From assembly GCA_051362555.1 (NCBI GenBank), contig CM120640.1:21266001-21330000 (forward strand): DNA of 64,000 nucleotides, in the 5' to 3' direction. Numbering within the stretch: position 1 is the first letter of the stretch; the number at the start of each line of letters is the position of its first letter. Shown here piece after piece: positions 47,264 through 61,098 of the stretch. Both the position numbers and the translations under genes were made by a program. Source of the stretch: Lingula anatina (Eukaryota > Animalia > Brachiopoda). The notes beneath the pieces were generated by a model that was given only the letters and a program-made list of their open reading frames with translations, was not told the DNA's origin and did no database searches.

Positions 47264-50200
47264 TCAAAATGGGCATTGAAAAAACCCTAAAACAAGCAGC
47301 ACACTGGTTGCCAGAAACCCACTATAGAGTACAAACATGGCTACCCCGAGGCCTTTACTCATCTTCCACTTGAATGCTGCTACAGAGCAGACCACAAATA
47401 ACAACATGAGGAAGAGGAGGACCACAGAGCAGTAGAGACCCTGGCTGTCCACAGATATGGGCCGCCAGTAGATTATGGCACTCAGCAGCCATGGGAATGG
47501 TAATCTGGAAAAAGAAATACATGGTATTCAGTAGCAGACTTCAAGTTAAGTGTCTGTATGTCTTATTAGGGGATCAGATCTAGAGCATCTTCTTCCAGGA
47601 ATGGAGCTATCCAGGTGAAAAGCTTCCACTCTGGGTTCACAATATAGTCTACACTTCAGATATCGGAACATTGGAGGCAAAACACATTTTCAATATAAGC
47701 TTTTGACTGAAGAAAGGTTCCTGCTTTATTCTTAGTACATGACATGCTATAGCTGATGAAATATCTATTTCTTTTACAGAATGTATAACTAATGTTCCTT
47801 TAAAATACAATCACATTCAATCCAAAAAGGAAAGAGTTAAGATATTAAGCAATCCATTTATAAAGTTCTTTCACGTGTATGTAAATGCATACTGACATGT
47901 TTGATTTAAGGATAGTCTGCTAAATAGCATGTTTTCATCATATTTTCTATTAACTGTCATTTTTACATTATCTCTAGTGTTTTAAAATCGCATCCGTCTT
48001 TTCATTACAGATACATACAAGATTAAAAGGGATGGGTAAATTAATTGTTTCACGTAAAAAAACTAAGCTGTTGGATCTACAATTTGTATATCATTAATAT
48101 CTTGGTGTGTGGACAGTAAGGTTTCTATTTGCGATGCACTTAAGTAATGGAGACAAATGAGAAAAAATAATTTAAATTTTATTATTGTTTGTGCAGACTT
48201 TGATGATCGTGATAGATGCATCCACCAAAAAAATATAGGACGTTTCAGAGAAAGCCATTAATAACTAACTGAAGACTTAGACCCCATTCCCAGAGATTAG
48301 ATCGATCCAACTAGATTGACCTAACTCCCTGGGGGTTCACGCTAAATAGCTGTCCGCCGAGCGGGTACGAAAGTTAATTACCCCCTTACAGCTTGTAGTA
48401 GGCGGGACGGACATCATTTAAGCCAAATTATCTGACAGTAATCTAGTGAGACTCCCCACGGGGATAGATCGATCCAAAATCTATGGGAATGCGCCCTTAA
48501 TGAATTCTTTTTTCATATCATTTATCACTTTCTTTTATTCTTAAACTTCTTTTTAATAAAATTTTCAATATCCTTCATGTCAGGCATCACCTCAAATGTT
48601 TAAATTATCTCTGAAATCCACTAAACCATTCTGTTCTCACTTCCTCACGTGTAAAACTAGTCTCTTGTGGTTTGACATTTAGAAGAGGTTTCACGTTAAG
48701 GGCAAAGAAATATAATCTGTCATTTTAATCTACTGATGAATCTTTGAACCAAACAATAGAGCTACACTTTTAAAACAATATTGAAAAATGAAAACATAGT
48801 TACGCATTTTAAATGAATAAAACAAAACCAAAATGTAATCTAATGATCTACATATTGGTATAAAATCTGGCATTTTTGTGGGGAGTGCAGTGGTATAAAA
48901 TAAATAAACACACATTTTCCTCAACTTACCCCACAGTCACATCAAAAAGATTGCTCCCAACTGAACTGGACACAGCCATGTCCCCATATCCTTTTCTTGC
49001 TACAATTACACTGGTAATGAGATCAGGGACACTAGTTCCGGCTGCTAGAAAGGTTATGCCCATTACCTGCAAGCAGATGTACAATCATTAATGTCATTAT
49101 CATCATTATGATGGAATTTTTGCATGGCCTTATCCATATGATCCAACTGCAAAGTTGTTGTACTTACTGGTATTAATAGACATTGCACAAATAAGACCAT
49201 GCAAGAATCAGATATATTTTTTATATTATCAGTACTGCTTGATCTATTTCCAATAAAAGTACACACATCTATTATCATAGAGCATTGTATATCTAAGCTA
49301 TCACTTCTATTATTTCGATAGCTGATTTGAAAAATTTATGGGCACCTGGCTGTCAGAAAGGTTATCTTTATCATATGATAGCAAACCATCATTACCATTG
49401 TGTAAATATATTTTTTAAGTATGTGTTTTTTTTAATTACTTCTACAATCATGTTATATAATTTTTATCATTTCGACAAATCCCATCAAGGTGGACTGCTG
49501 TCTTAGAAAAATTAAATATATATATATAATTTTTTTCTTTACATTCTTTTACAGACTTCTGTCATTTTGGATTTCTGCCATAGAAATTCATTGTTATGTC
49601 GTTTTGCAATAATATATCCTTATGTACATTTTCAGCTATGTGAATGACTGACTTATGAAGAACAGTAGCTATTGGAAAAAGACTGACAATTAATGACCAG
49701 ATGCATTAACAGGTGTCAGACATCTCACAATTGTTATTCAAGATAGGAGAAAATATCTGAGCAATGCCTATCTTTCCATTGTGTACAATATACATCAGAT
49801 ATGAGCCTAGGTTAAAAAAACTGAACATTTATCATGGGATGCAATACCTAACCGGCCTGACGAATCTCAGGCACCATCAGAATTGAATTAAAAAATGCAG
49901 AATTCCACATTTCCATGGAAAAAGCTTATGTCTGATACAAAGAATATTTGAACCAGATTTTAAGCATGCGTTAAATTGTAAATTTGAACCATTTGTCTAG
50001 TCGGTACAGCATAATACATTATGTGTAAAGTGTGACTTTAATTTGGGAACACTTATTCTAGTCTATTCTTACACCCCATTGTGAATCTGTTTTACAAACA
50101 AAATTATGAATCTCTGTTGCCTCATTTTTGCCTCTTTTTAGAATATCAATGAAAATTATTTGTGAACTGGGAATAAATAAAATAAGTTACAATATTTACA

Positions 50201-52206
50201 AACAACTCATCAACTGTCTCAATAGGCTTCTATTGCATAAGATTGGCTACCTATGATTTGAGATGCATTAAATTATTAGAGTGCCTACTATGATGGTATG
50301 TAATGAAATCTGGTCAGCCAATCTCCACTGACATCAGAAATTTAATATGCTGATTTAAAAAAAAAATCTAATCTGTCCCCAAGTAAGCATTATTTTTTAG
50401 GTACTGAAAAAAGTTCTTGAAACATATATTGATTACAAGGCAAAATAAGTTTTGTTGTAGTCTCATAAGGGCTATGACTCAACAATATTCCTACTTATTA
50501 TTATTGTATTTGAAATGTAAAGATTGTTTGGGCATGGAAAAAAATCTTTGCATGTGGATGTAAGATTGCAGTAATGATTTGGCATCTGTTTTAGTTATAG
50601 TCAGGCATTCAACATTAGGCTTTGTATTTTCAACAACTTCCAAACAATTATCGACAAGTATTGGAAAACCAAAAAGAACTTTTAAGAAAATCCATTTTTC
50701 ATCACGTTCTGCAAAGTATTAAACCATGTTTGCACTATGAAAAAAAAAGGTTTGTCCCAGAATGGCTCTAAAATCCAGCTCAGACCTGATCTAGCCTTAC
50801 TTAAGAGCTTGTATTAGAAATTCTCAAAAGATTGATTTCTATTAAGCCTCTGTAAGTATAGCCGATCAATGCCAAAGAGATGCAGTCAGGCAGAACAAAA
50901 GCACTGACGGCTTTGAACTGTTAGCTTACACTTTTGGGCCTTTTCAAGAATTTATTAATTAATGATTGGAAAGCAATTGAAGGTCCAGTTAATGTGAAAT
51001 CTGATATCATTCTTCAATGACAAACAGTAATTAGTGCAATAACTTATTATCTGGGTCTCAGTGTTTCATGCATCTTTTTTTTTTCTTTACTTATTTTTAC
51101 TTCATCAAGAACCTTGTTGCCAAGGCTATGACGCAACAAAGGAACATTTGATATGAAAATATGATCATCTTTTTTACCTTAAAAATAAGAAACTATACTA
51201 AAGCCCAATCTCAATTTCCAAGTGACATCCTGAGGCTTGAAGTTAATAGCTCTGAATATGTCATAGCCTATTAAAATGACAAATGCCTACCACAATAAAA
51301 ATGGATTATTGCCAAAAGCCATAGTCTGTCTTCATGAATCCCATCCATTCATGTAAATATAGTGGTTTTTGGGGTTGTTGTTCAGGTTTCATTGTTTTTC
51401 ACTGTAACTATATGGGAAGTCTGACAGTGCTGTTAAGACAGGTAACCACTTCCTTTAACATTGGAGATACAATTTACCAACATCACCCCCCCCCTCCCCC
51501 CACAGTAGAAGGTTGTGCAAACCAATCCTGTTTGTCAGATTTTCCACTTAATTCCCCAAACCAACTTCACAATTAAGTTGCATTCTTTGCTCTTCTTCAG
51601 ACTGTTAATTCTATGGTTTATGTTGTACAGTTTCAGTCAGGAAAACGTAACATAGATAATAGCAGATAATTTCATACAGGAATTCTGGTACATATATGAT
51701 ACTCAGAGGACTCTTGAAGATTGTAAGTATCCCACTGTCTAGCAGTGTTGCATAATCTTGGCCATACAGCTTTATTATAGACAAATACACTAATGAAGCC
51801 ATGCACGATAAGCTACATGTATTCATTCATATACTATAGACTATCAGGGGCGGATTTAGGCCGACTTCTGGGTCTTCCAGAAGATGGTCAGATTTTCAAG
51901 TTCACATTTACGGGTATCTAATTTTTTCTTTTGGAAGACGGTCAAAAATGGAGGACGGATCAACAAAGATACTTTGGAAGACTGTCAGAAAATATCTCTG
52001 GATCCACCCCTGGACTATCATCTTCTATCTACACTATTTAGTGCAGTCAGGCGCATGAACAAAAAACACCTAAGAGGATTTGTCTGGCTGATGGTCAGTG
52101 ACTTAGGTCAATGACTGCCAAGTGAATGACCAACCCTAATGCAATGGTCTGGAAAACAATGGATGAAGGTATTTGCTGGTATTTGACAAGGTTTGTCCCC
52201 AAGTAA

Positions 52207-52251
<45 letters not shown>

Positions 52252-55200
52252 TTTATTGAGCACTTAATACATGCATTACAAAGACATCTACTGTTTATCT
52301 AATCTACTAATTATTCATAAATAAGATTTCAAGACGTGAGACATCACATAATAATTTCACCCACATAATTCAGATAAAATACATTTCATAAAAACTTTCT
52401 GTTTTGGTTTTCATAAATTTATATGATATATATGATATTTATATGATATTCTGGTTATAAAATACTTAAGCTATCATAATTAAAGAGGTGGAGGAGCCAA
52501 AGTAGTAAGTCACTGCTACTGCATCTTTAAATATTCTTAAGTCAAAGTGCTGAGTTGAGCTGAAAGGGTAATTAATGACCATTAGGTTTTCTAATAAAGC
52601 AAGATATAATTGAAGAAGTGCAAGAACCTGGATCTTCTAGGCACACAGTTTCAGCCTACATATTTGCTCTTAATTTCATTTTTTCAGATGAAATCAATCT
52701 TCCTGCCACAAATGCAAATTCAAAACCTCTTCCGTTTATTTTGAACAATATGATCATAATTATGTAGCTTGACAAAGAAACATGTCTTTAAAATATTCCA
52801 TGACAAAAGTACCTGTCTCTCTGCCTTTTTTTAACCATACAAGAAAATCTGATGGGTACAGTAAGGGTGAAAGGTATCAATACAAATGACACTGAGTTTT
52901 TTGGTTCTCTTTCTACTTTCTAAGTAAGCTAAGAGGATGACAGTCAGTCCCTTCAACTTTGAAAAACAATCAATATTGCCTTATATCTAATCACCTCCCT
53001 TGCACGTTTGCAGTAAAATCTAACCGATAAAAAGTCCTGCCAACAGATCCCACAGGATTTTTCAAATTCAGTACTTCAAGAAGATTTCATAACAGGAAAC
53101 TTGCTTGCTTGAAGCAATAGGAATAAATAACATAAGTAGAGAGCATTTGTCCTTAGGTTCGTTAAAAGATAATGGACATAAGTCAATTGAGATATTTTGC
53201 TGGAAAGAATAGACATTCCCAGGGACATTGCTGTCCAGTCTCTTACTATGGACTATTTCCTTGAACCAATTAGCATCGACTGTGAAAGCACTTCCCTCAA
53301 GACAATCAATCAATCAAACCAATTGGAAAAAGTACTGATGGAATGACCAAGCAGTCTATGTGTGCTTGTGGTGATCAATATCGAGGTGATCGATACCACC
53401 ATCAGTGTTAGTTTGCAACAATCGTTGTCGAGGCCAAGAGACCAAGGTATGCCACTTGACCTTTGAAGCACCTAGACAGTATCAAAAAAATGTCAATAGC
53501 AATGCTGATTGACAAATACTGTATTTGCATGTCATATCCTGGAAATGTGAAAAGTATATTCTGTTGAATCCCACTGAGAATCTTCTTCAACTTGATTCGA
53601 GGTAGATAATCAGTCATCATAACCTTCACCACTGACAGAACAGGAAAGGCATCAATTTAAAGAATAGGTTTTAGGTCAAATAATCAGATACATTTAAGAA
53701 TAACCTGCAGACGACAAGGAGCTGTCTGTGCTTGTGTCTACATCTGTCCTGGTGTAATAATCATGTGCTAAAAGTCAGGAAATACCATAAACATCACTAA
53801 AAACATGACTGATCTCTCACCACTGAAAACCTCACAGGTTTAGAACGTGGTTACAACATTTAAAAAGTGCATGTGCCAGCTTTTGTGGTACTAATTACCC
53901 ATTTTTGGTACAGATTTCCACCAAGAACCTAAACCTCAATCAAGGAAAAAGGCAATAAGATTATTTGTAAACTAGAGGATCAGAGAGGCGATACCGCCAG
54001 CTGAAGTAAGTGCATTTGTATTGGAAACAAAAAAGGGACACCACCTTCAGTGTTGCGCTTGCCAAGCTCTATAAAATGCAGTAAGCAAGAGTTCTCCATT
54101 TTTTTGAAGAAAGTTACAATTCATAACAAAAAAGCATTGGGAAACGTAAAAGGTCAAGTCCAAGGTTACAGTTAGATTGTGAATATAAGACTTCCCATCC
54201 AGGTTCAATGGGTAAATACAGTATAAGAGCTTGACCTTGAAAAGTGTGGTTCATGGTGAAAAGTAAGTCAAAGGTCAAATTCAAGGTTACAGTTAGATTA
54301 CCAAGGTTACAGTTAGATTTCTATTCAAGTTCAATAGTAATTATGGGCATATCTCTAAATTTGCAAAGTTCAGTTCATAGCAAAAAGTAGTCAGAGATCA
54401 ATTTCAAAGTCCAAGAAGACTGTCAAGATATGAGTTCCAATTCAAGTTCAATAGTAAATATGGGCATATCTGTGTCAATTCTGAAAATACAAACGTTAGA
54501 AAATGTGCAAAGTTAATTTCATGGTAAAAAATGCCGTTCACAATGAAAAGAAGATCAAAGGTCAAATGCAAGAGCATATTTGAAATCTCCACATATGACT
54601 TTCGATCAGATATCTATAGTAATTTTTCCCATAACTCCTTGATTTTGGGAGATATTTAGCATTTAATTTTGCAAATTTGGACAAGGGTGCACTGAGATGA
54701 GTGCAACACTTAGACCAGTGCACCGACAATACCCAAAATTTAAATTGATCGAGTTGAGATTATATGCAACCTACATCCAAGAGGTAGGTACATAGGTCTA
54801 GGAGGAGAAGAAGCAGTAACTGTGAAGTGGCGGCAGAATTCAGCAGAACAGGCAGACGAGATGGGTCAGGACTTAAACCATGTGTACTGCCAGCACGGCT
54901 CTGGATCGAGGTACATATAATAGGAGACCAGTTGAAATAGTTATCACTTCTCTCTCCCAAGAGTGACTGTCAATTCTAAATATTTCATCAACATTTGTGA
55001 GGAACTTATTTTGAGATATCTCATACAAACCAAAACCAATGAAAACATAATTTCCTTTGACAGATGTAGAAATCACTTATGAATTTTCATCAGAAACATC
55101 AATCTGCCAGATGGGTACCTGGTAAACTATTGTGATTGCAGTATCAAAATGTTATTCAAGGTGGCAGACTACAGGGCCCTTGATTTATTGCTATTGGCTA

Positions 55201-58200
55201 AATGTACTCGAGTCAAACAACATAACTATGGCATTGTCATAATTCAAATGACATGTTAGGTGGCTAAGATAAAGCACAACGGTAAACAATAAGTATCTCG
55301 CCAGAGCTCTGTCAAAAGGTGCATCACTTCACACCACCAATTTTCCAAATGTACCAAAATTGCAAATCATCAATATGAGTTGTCATACTTGAACAGTCTG
55401 CATGGCAACCATAAAGCATAAAAGTCTAGAACTGGTATCTTTACAGTGAGTGAATAAAAACATCAATTCACACCAGCAAAAATAAAATGAGTTCCACAAC
55501 AGTCAGACAGTCAGCTATGTGAAAGGCTTGGCTGTGTATATAGGCATAGACAATAATCAAACTAATTTTACTGACAGTGCAAATGCACCTGAATAATAGA
55601 AAAACAAGTTACATGATAGTCAAATAATACAAATAGCATATTAATTGGATTAATACTAGTATTTCCTGAATATAATACTAAGCCATTCAGATTAAGCTTG
55701 TGAAACCAGACAAGCATATTGGATTGCAAGCAGCACCAAATTCACAATTAACTCAAATCACAATGTTTTAGCCTTTTAGCCTTGAGAATTGTCTATTAAA
55801 GAATTCCCCATGCAGAGTTGAGAGCTAGCAAGCATCAATTCACTTTCAAGACACTGAACTCATTATCTGCCTTATGCCTTTATTCACCGAGCCCGTTATG
55901 CAAGTCAGAAAGAACTTCAACTCTGGGGAAATCACTGAAACCAGTTGCATATTTCATGACAGTGTTCAATGGAATTTTTCTCACTACTGCTAGAGTAGAA
56001 CATGATATATAACATAAACAATATGCCTTTGTTCAACCTTTGAATGTGTCTTTTCTAGTTTTTTCAGCAAATCCACAAAAGTACAAATATTTGAATTGAA
56101 ATTCGGCTTAGCGCCAGCCATAATACGACAAATGGATTCCATTGTCTCTGCAATTAAGTCATTTCAGGAAATGTTTGGTCTATTTTCAGTCTCAATTGGT
56201 TGTGAAGAAGTACAACTTAAAGTGAACACTATATATAGCAGAATTAACCGCATACCACAACAATAACTATCTTTATATAGATAGAACGGAAGATTTACAC
56301 AAACAATATACTGTATATGTAATAGCTAAAATTGCATTTACCTTTTGCCCTACAATACTTTGGTGTCCATCAAATTGCCTACCAGTACACCAAGACAGTG
56401 GAATTATTGGAAAGCCAAGAGGGACAATTAATTTTTCGAAGAAACTTACTGCATAGTTGTTACATATTTGAATCAAATGTAATTCTCTGATCAACTGGTT
56501 TGTCCCTAGGGTGCTATTTACCTTGAAAATTTCAAATCTCTATGGATCTTTCCATTGGCCAAATCTCTACACATTAATATTTTATATAGCTGATCCCAGT
56601 TTGAGTAAACTGCCAATGCTGGCAATCCATTGTATAGAACTAACTTTTTTTATGGGTCTGTGAAAGAATCCATTTTCAGTTGCTTTACATAGGGAACTAA
56701 TGAATTGCATATCTGTCTGGAAGCCTGATGAGATAACATTATGCACACAAAGATTGCATTCCAAAGTAGAGTGGGCAAGACTGGAAGACCACAGGTTCAA
56801 CATGTTAATGCACTTTCAATGAAAACCTATACTCCCAACTCAGAGAAGAATTTCATTAGCTGTTATGTTATAAGAATAAAGTAATTTTTCTTCACTTAAC
56901 AGCTATTATTGACAGCTAATATTACATGTCTTTCTTTAGATAGTAGCTGGTGGGAGTGAGAGCAAGTATATATGCTGGATAAGAGCTATTCACCTGGAAA
57001 GCCCCATTCCCTGATGAAGATGCTCTGAGAGACATTAAAATATTGGAAGTAATATTAGCTTGTCAATATTAGCTGTTGAGTGAACAAAAATAGCTTAATT
57101 CTTCTCTATTCTCTAACTGAATGTAACTGATAAGTCTATTATAAGCAATATTGTAGCACCAAGCCAGGCAAAGCGGAAGACCACCGCTATCAAATTTATT
57201 TTGATGACAGAATGGTCAACAAAAGACAAATATCTGGGACTTAAACTGAACTAACAGTGTCTCTCTTTTGTTGTTTCACAGGTGAGGTTAGAGCAATTTT
57301 CATCAATGGAATGCTATGCTTAAGATGTATAATTATCAAAACACTTACTTCACTCGGAATTCCTGCAGCTTCACCTGATGAATCAGCCCACCATACCATC
57401 AAGTAAGTGAAAAAAGCAATCCAAAGCATGCTCCCAATAAAACTACATGGATACCACATTTTCTTCTCCTGCAAAACAAAAATCCAGAATAAAATTGGAG
57501 TCCATAAAATATTTAAAATAGATAGAAATTTCCACACAGTTTGTATTAATTGTATTAATTGTATTATCTTGACAGTGGCCCAATGTGATGGACCAACACT
57601 GGCCCATTCATTATTGTTAAAGGGCCAACACTGAAATAACCTTTAAAGCTGAAGGAGCATCATACTAAGAGGCCAAAGCTGCTCCTTCCTTCATCACTGT
57701 TGGGCCAACACTTTCCCACCATTCAATGCTGAATTATCAAAACTGTCCTATCTTTCACATCTAGAGGGCCAACTATGGCCCAGCCTTCTAAGCTAAAACT
57801 GGAGGGCCAAAAATTGGCCAAGCCCTAGATCACAGACTATAACCTTAATTATGTAGTGCCAATGTGCATCCCTTATATTTCTTAATACTGATGAATTACC
57901 ACACAAGTTTGATTACTGACTGCTCTTATTGTTAAGAAAAAGAACTTTAATTAGCTGGCAAATTTATAGTGGGTCAGCTCATACTTACAGGTCTTCTCAC
58001 ATCTGGCAGTGTGATCCATAGTGGAAACACTATGGGAGCCAGCAAAATATATGTTAGTCTTTTCCGTGGGGTTTTTGGCCAACTGATATCCAACGGTTCT
58101 TCCTCTTCTTCCAGGGGGTCTTCATGCTAAAAAAAGCATTAATATATTGATGATCTTTATGGAAGAAGGCCTTAGGCTGCATATAATGTTGAATAGATAT

Positions 58201-61098
58201 ATACTAGAAGTTTCTCACACAATTCTGTCATTGGAAATCACTAACTTTAATAATTAAGGAAAAAGGAACAGGATCAATTAGAGCTGTACAGCATTGGAAA
58301 AAAATTTTTAATAAAATCTGCAGGAACAGCATACAATCATCCAGAAATAAACCAGGAGTCAAAATTTGAGGGTAAATATCACACAGTAACTCGATCTTTT
58401 CAATGGGGAAAAATTGTGAATTTTACTGATACTGTATTTTTAAGTCATAATTTCTTAAAATAAAAGAATTCCTATTGGGTGATTACAACAAAATTGAAAA
58501 AGAGACTACCTTATAGTTCTATTCTATGCATTAAAAGCATCACAAATTCTAATTGAAAAAAAATTTTTATGATTTTAAAATGATGTATCTGAATGTTTGA
58601 TCATTTTTGCCCGTTAAAAAGATCGAGTCATTGCAGTAACACTTTGATGTGTTTTAATCAATTTCTGCACTTCAGATATATGAGATGTATTTTTAAAACA
58701 TTTATATAACTGTTTCTGAAAATGAAGATTTACCTCTGAGTTGGCACTGTCTTGAGTTGCCTGGCTAACAGCATCGTCTGGTGGCAATCCACTGCTTGGA
58801 ACAACAGCTAGGTTGTCACTGGTTTGCTTGCCATTAAAACCAGTTTCCATGTCTGTGTGGATGAGAATATGAATCTTAACATCCAACATCAAACCATTTA
58901 AATCAAATTGTATAACTACATGAAACTGGATACAAATGTTAATTTATTATTCAATTTTATTGATTTTTACATAAAAGTTTTATGGGCCTCTGTAGATATG
59001 TTGGTGTGCAGTTTATTTATTGAAAAATAACCAGAAGCTTACCTCTTGATAGATAACAATATGTATTAAACCTTTTTGTTAGTAGATATGCATTAATTTG
59101 GACTATGATTTACGGAAGAAAGATTAACAGGGTAAGAACAGAATCTTGGAGCTTCTATCTAGTGTGAAAATTCTGGGAAACAACACTCCAGATGACAATC
59201 ACACAAAATGGAAGTTACAAAACCACAGTTCTACACAAGTGACCACACATAGAAGAGTTATATATCTGAGGGACTGTTCACAATGAACTTTGTTGATCTA
59301 CTAGCTAAAGCACATTCACTCCACAGGGACTCTTGCTGAATGCAATTAGATTAACAGACCAACACACCACCTCCTGGCACTGAGTACAATATAGAAAAGC
59401 TGGTTATTATAGGAGCATGTTGGAAACAAGAGGATGTGTGTTAGTCTGATTGCATTGAACAAGAGTCCCACCAAAGCTAGTGCAAATAAGCTAGGTCGAC
59501 AAAATTCATTGTGAGCGGACCCTAACTTTGATCACGCACACTATGAACCATCTTAGAAAAAAAGCCAGATATTCTGAGAAGGTTACAATTTAACAGGGTT
59601 TTGCTTCTAACAAGTGAAGAAAGGGCTCTTTACAGCACATAAGAAAATAAGCATGTTTGAATTGAGATAATCATCAAGTATCATCTGCTTTTCAATTTCA
59701 GGATTAAAAACTTCTTCTAGATAATGAAGCTAAGCTAGTCACTAGGAAGTACAAAAAATCTCACAAGGACTGCACTTTTTGTTAAAATACTTCACAGTGT
59801 GGAGTGCACCTAAAATAATAGGACTTGATCAGTTTCAAAATAGTTTTCAAAGCTGTACCTTAAATTTAGTTATTTGGAAAGAAAAAAATTAAATTGATAG
59901 ATATCACTTCATAAGAAAAAAATTCATCAAACTAATAAAGATCACTCCAATGGCAAATATTTACCAACATGATAAAAACCAGTTTAATGTAAAACAAAAA
60001 AATTCAAATAATCTAAACCAGTCGGTCAAAGTGATTCAAACAGGTTTGAGAGTATAACAACTTGTATAAAACCAGTTCAAGAGATTAAAACAAACAGAGA
60101 AAATGATAAGCATGATTAGTGCCACATCACATAAGCTCTGGGAGCTTACCAGACAAGCTCTCCACTGTGGTTAGTGTGCATCCACCAGATTTGTTATCTA
60201 CCAGTCCAGGGGGGTGATAGTGATTGGTGGCAGTAAACGTACCATTGATTGTGATTCTCCCATTGGAAATGGACGGAATGCCATTTTTTGACTGTGGATT
60301 TGGGGACATGTTGCTGTCACCATCAATCACTACTTTCAGAGAAGCTATGGCATGCAGGTTAACAGCTCTTTCGTGAATGTGCCCTGGAATTTTCAAAAAA
60401 CATCGACTCAGAAAAGTTTTTAAAAATAATACTTATAACTGAATGGTGTGCAAAAATCAACACTTATCGAATATTGACACACAAACACCTTTGCTTACCA
60501 CTAAAGAGTAAAGCTGCATTGCAGTAAGATTGTTTCAATTTTTCAAATTCACAGTTAAACCTTGGAATGAATACTGAAAATGCTCTCCATCACATTACAA
60601 ATTTTGTAAAATTTATTTGACATAATAAATAAAAAGATATTCTACTTCAAAGTGTTTTAAACAACTTGAAGTAATATGCACTGTTACTAAAAATACTTTG
60701 AAATATTTTCTTAAATAGTAATAAAAGATAATAAAATGTAAAACAAGATAATAAATATAATATGCAATATACCACAAAGTTCTATTAGATGCAAAACCAA
60801 TGAAGCATACACACAAACACAAAACAAATCTTGCAGTACCATTAACAACAAACAATTCCACATTTTTAAAACACGTCAAGTCCTGATCAAATTACATGAC
60901 AAATTCTACCTGGTCTGTGCATATTTTAGCACTGCTGCCTGGGTATGTCAAAATGATAATCTTAAACAAAATTACAGGGCTTTTTTTTTTACCTGTTCCC
61001 AGGGGATCAATAGTTTGGATCATCAACTGGACAACCCCATGCCGAAACCTGCCAGTGCCTCCATGGAGGATGGGGAGACTGGTGGATCGCTCGGTTTT
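47264..61098 (-). CDS. K+-dependent Na+/Ca2+ exchanger (SLC24/NCKX family), 3' part. Exons 60993-61098, 60150-60383, 58734-58852, 57989-58126, 57349-57468, 48930-49066, 47264-47504. 5' exons lie beyond the window end
   Basis: Exons join in frame: '[40 protein letters not shown]', '[20 protein letters not shown]', alpha-2 repeat '[51 protein letters not shown]', C-terminus '...FQCPF*'. Confidence 0.95.
48280..48496. mobile_element. PIF/Harbinger-like MITE
   Basis: Imperfect TIRs (CATTCCCAGAGATT..GATCGATC / GATCGATC..AATCTATGGGAATG). TTA on both flanks. Confidence 0.7.
51845..52012. mobile_element. CAGGGGCGGAT-type MITE, copy 1
   Basis: TIR CAGGGGCGGAT / ATCCACCCCTG. 6-bp TSD GACTAT. Similar to 63801-63965 along its whole length. 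Confidence 0.88.
52208..52250. repeat. (AAT)n microsatellite
   Basis: Directly visible. Confidence 0.95.
53970..54745. mobile_element. Interspersed repeat with AAGGTCAA/TTGACCTT internal repeats (Helentron/HINE-like)
   Basis: Recurring AAGGTCAA, CAAGGTTACAGTTAGATT (x3) and TTCAAGTTCAATAGTAA..ATGGGCATATCT (x2). Confidence 0.55.
57574..57830. repeat. Array of GGCCAACAC/TGGCCC motifs, probably a DNA-transposon subterminal remnant
   Basis: About 8 short GGCCAA-containing motifs in a GC-richer patch. Confidence 0.5.
58383..58640. mobile_element. MITE with terminal inverted repeats, same family as 6650-6915
   Basis: CAGTAACTCGATCTTTT ... AAAAGATCGAGTCATTG inverted termini. Confidence 0.7.
59270..59522. 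mobile_element. PIF/Harbinger-like MITE
   Basis: GGGACTGTTCACAATGAACTTTGTTGATCTA / TAGGTCGACAAAATTCATTGTGAGCGGACCC. TGA and TAA flanks. Internal inverted arms. Confidence 0.8.

Noticed and set aside
53068-53632. Two adjacent minus-strand ORFs inside an SLC24 intron
   Set aside because: No recognisable domain or splice support. They may be decayed transposon sequence.
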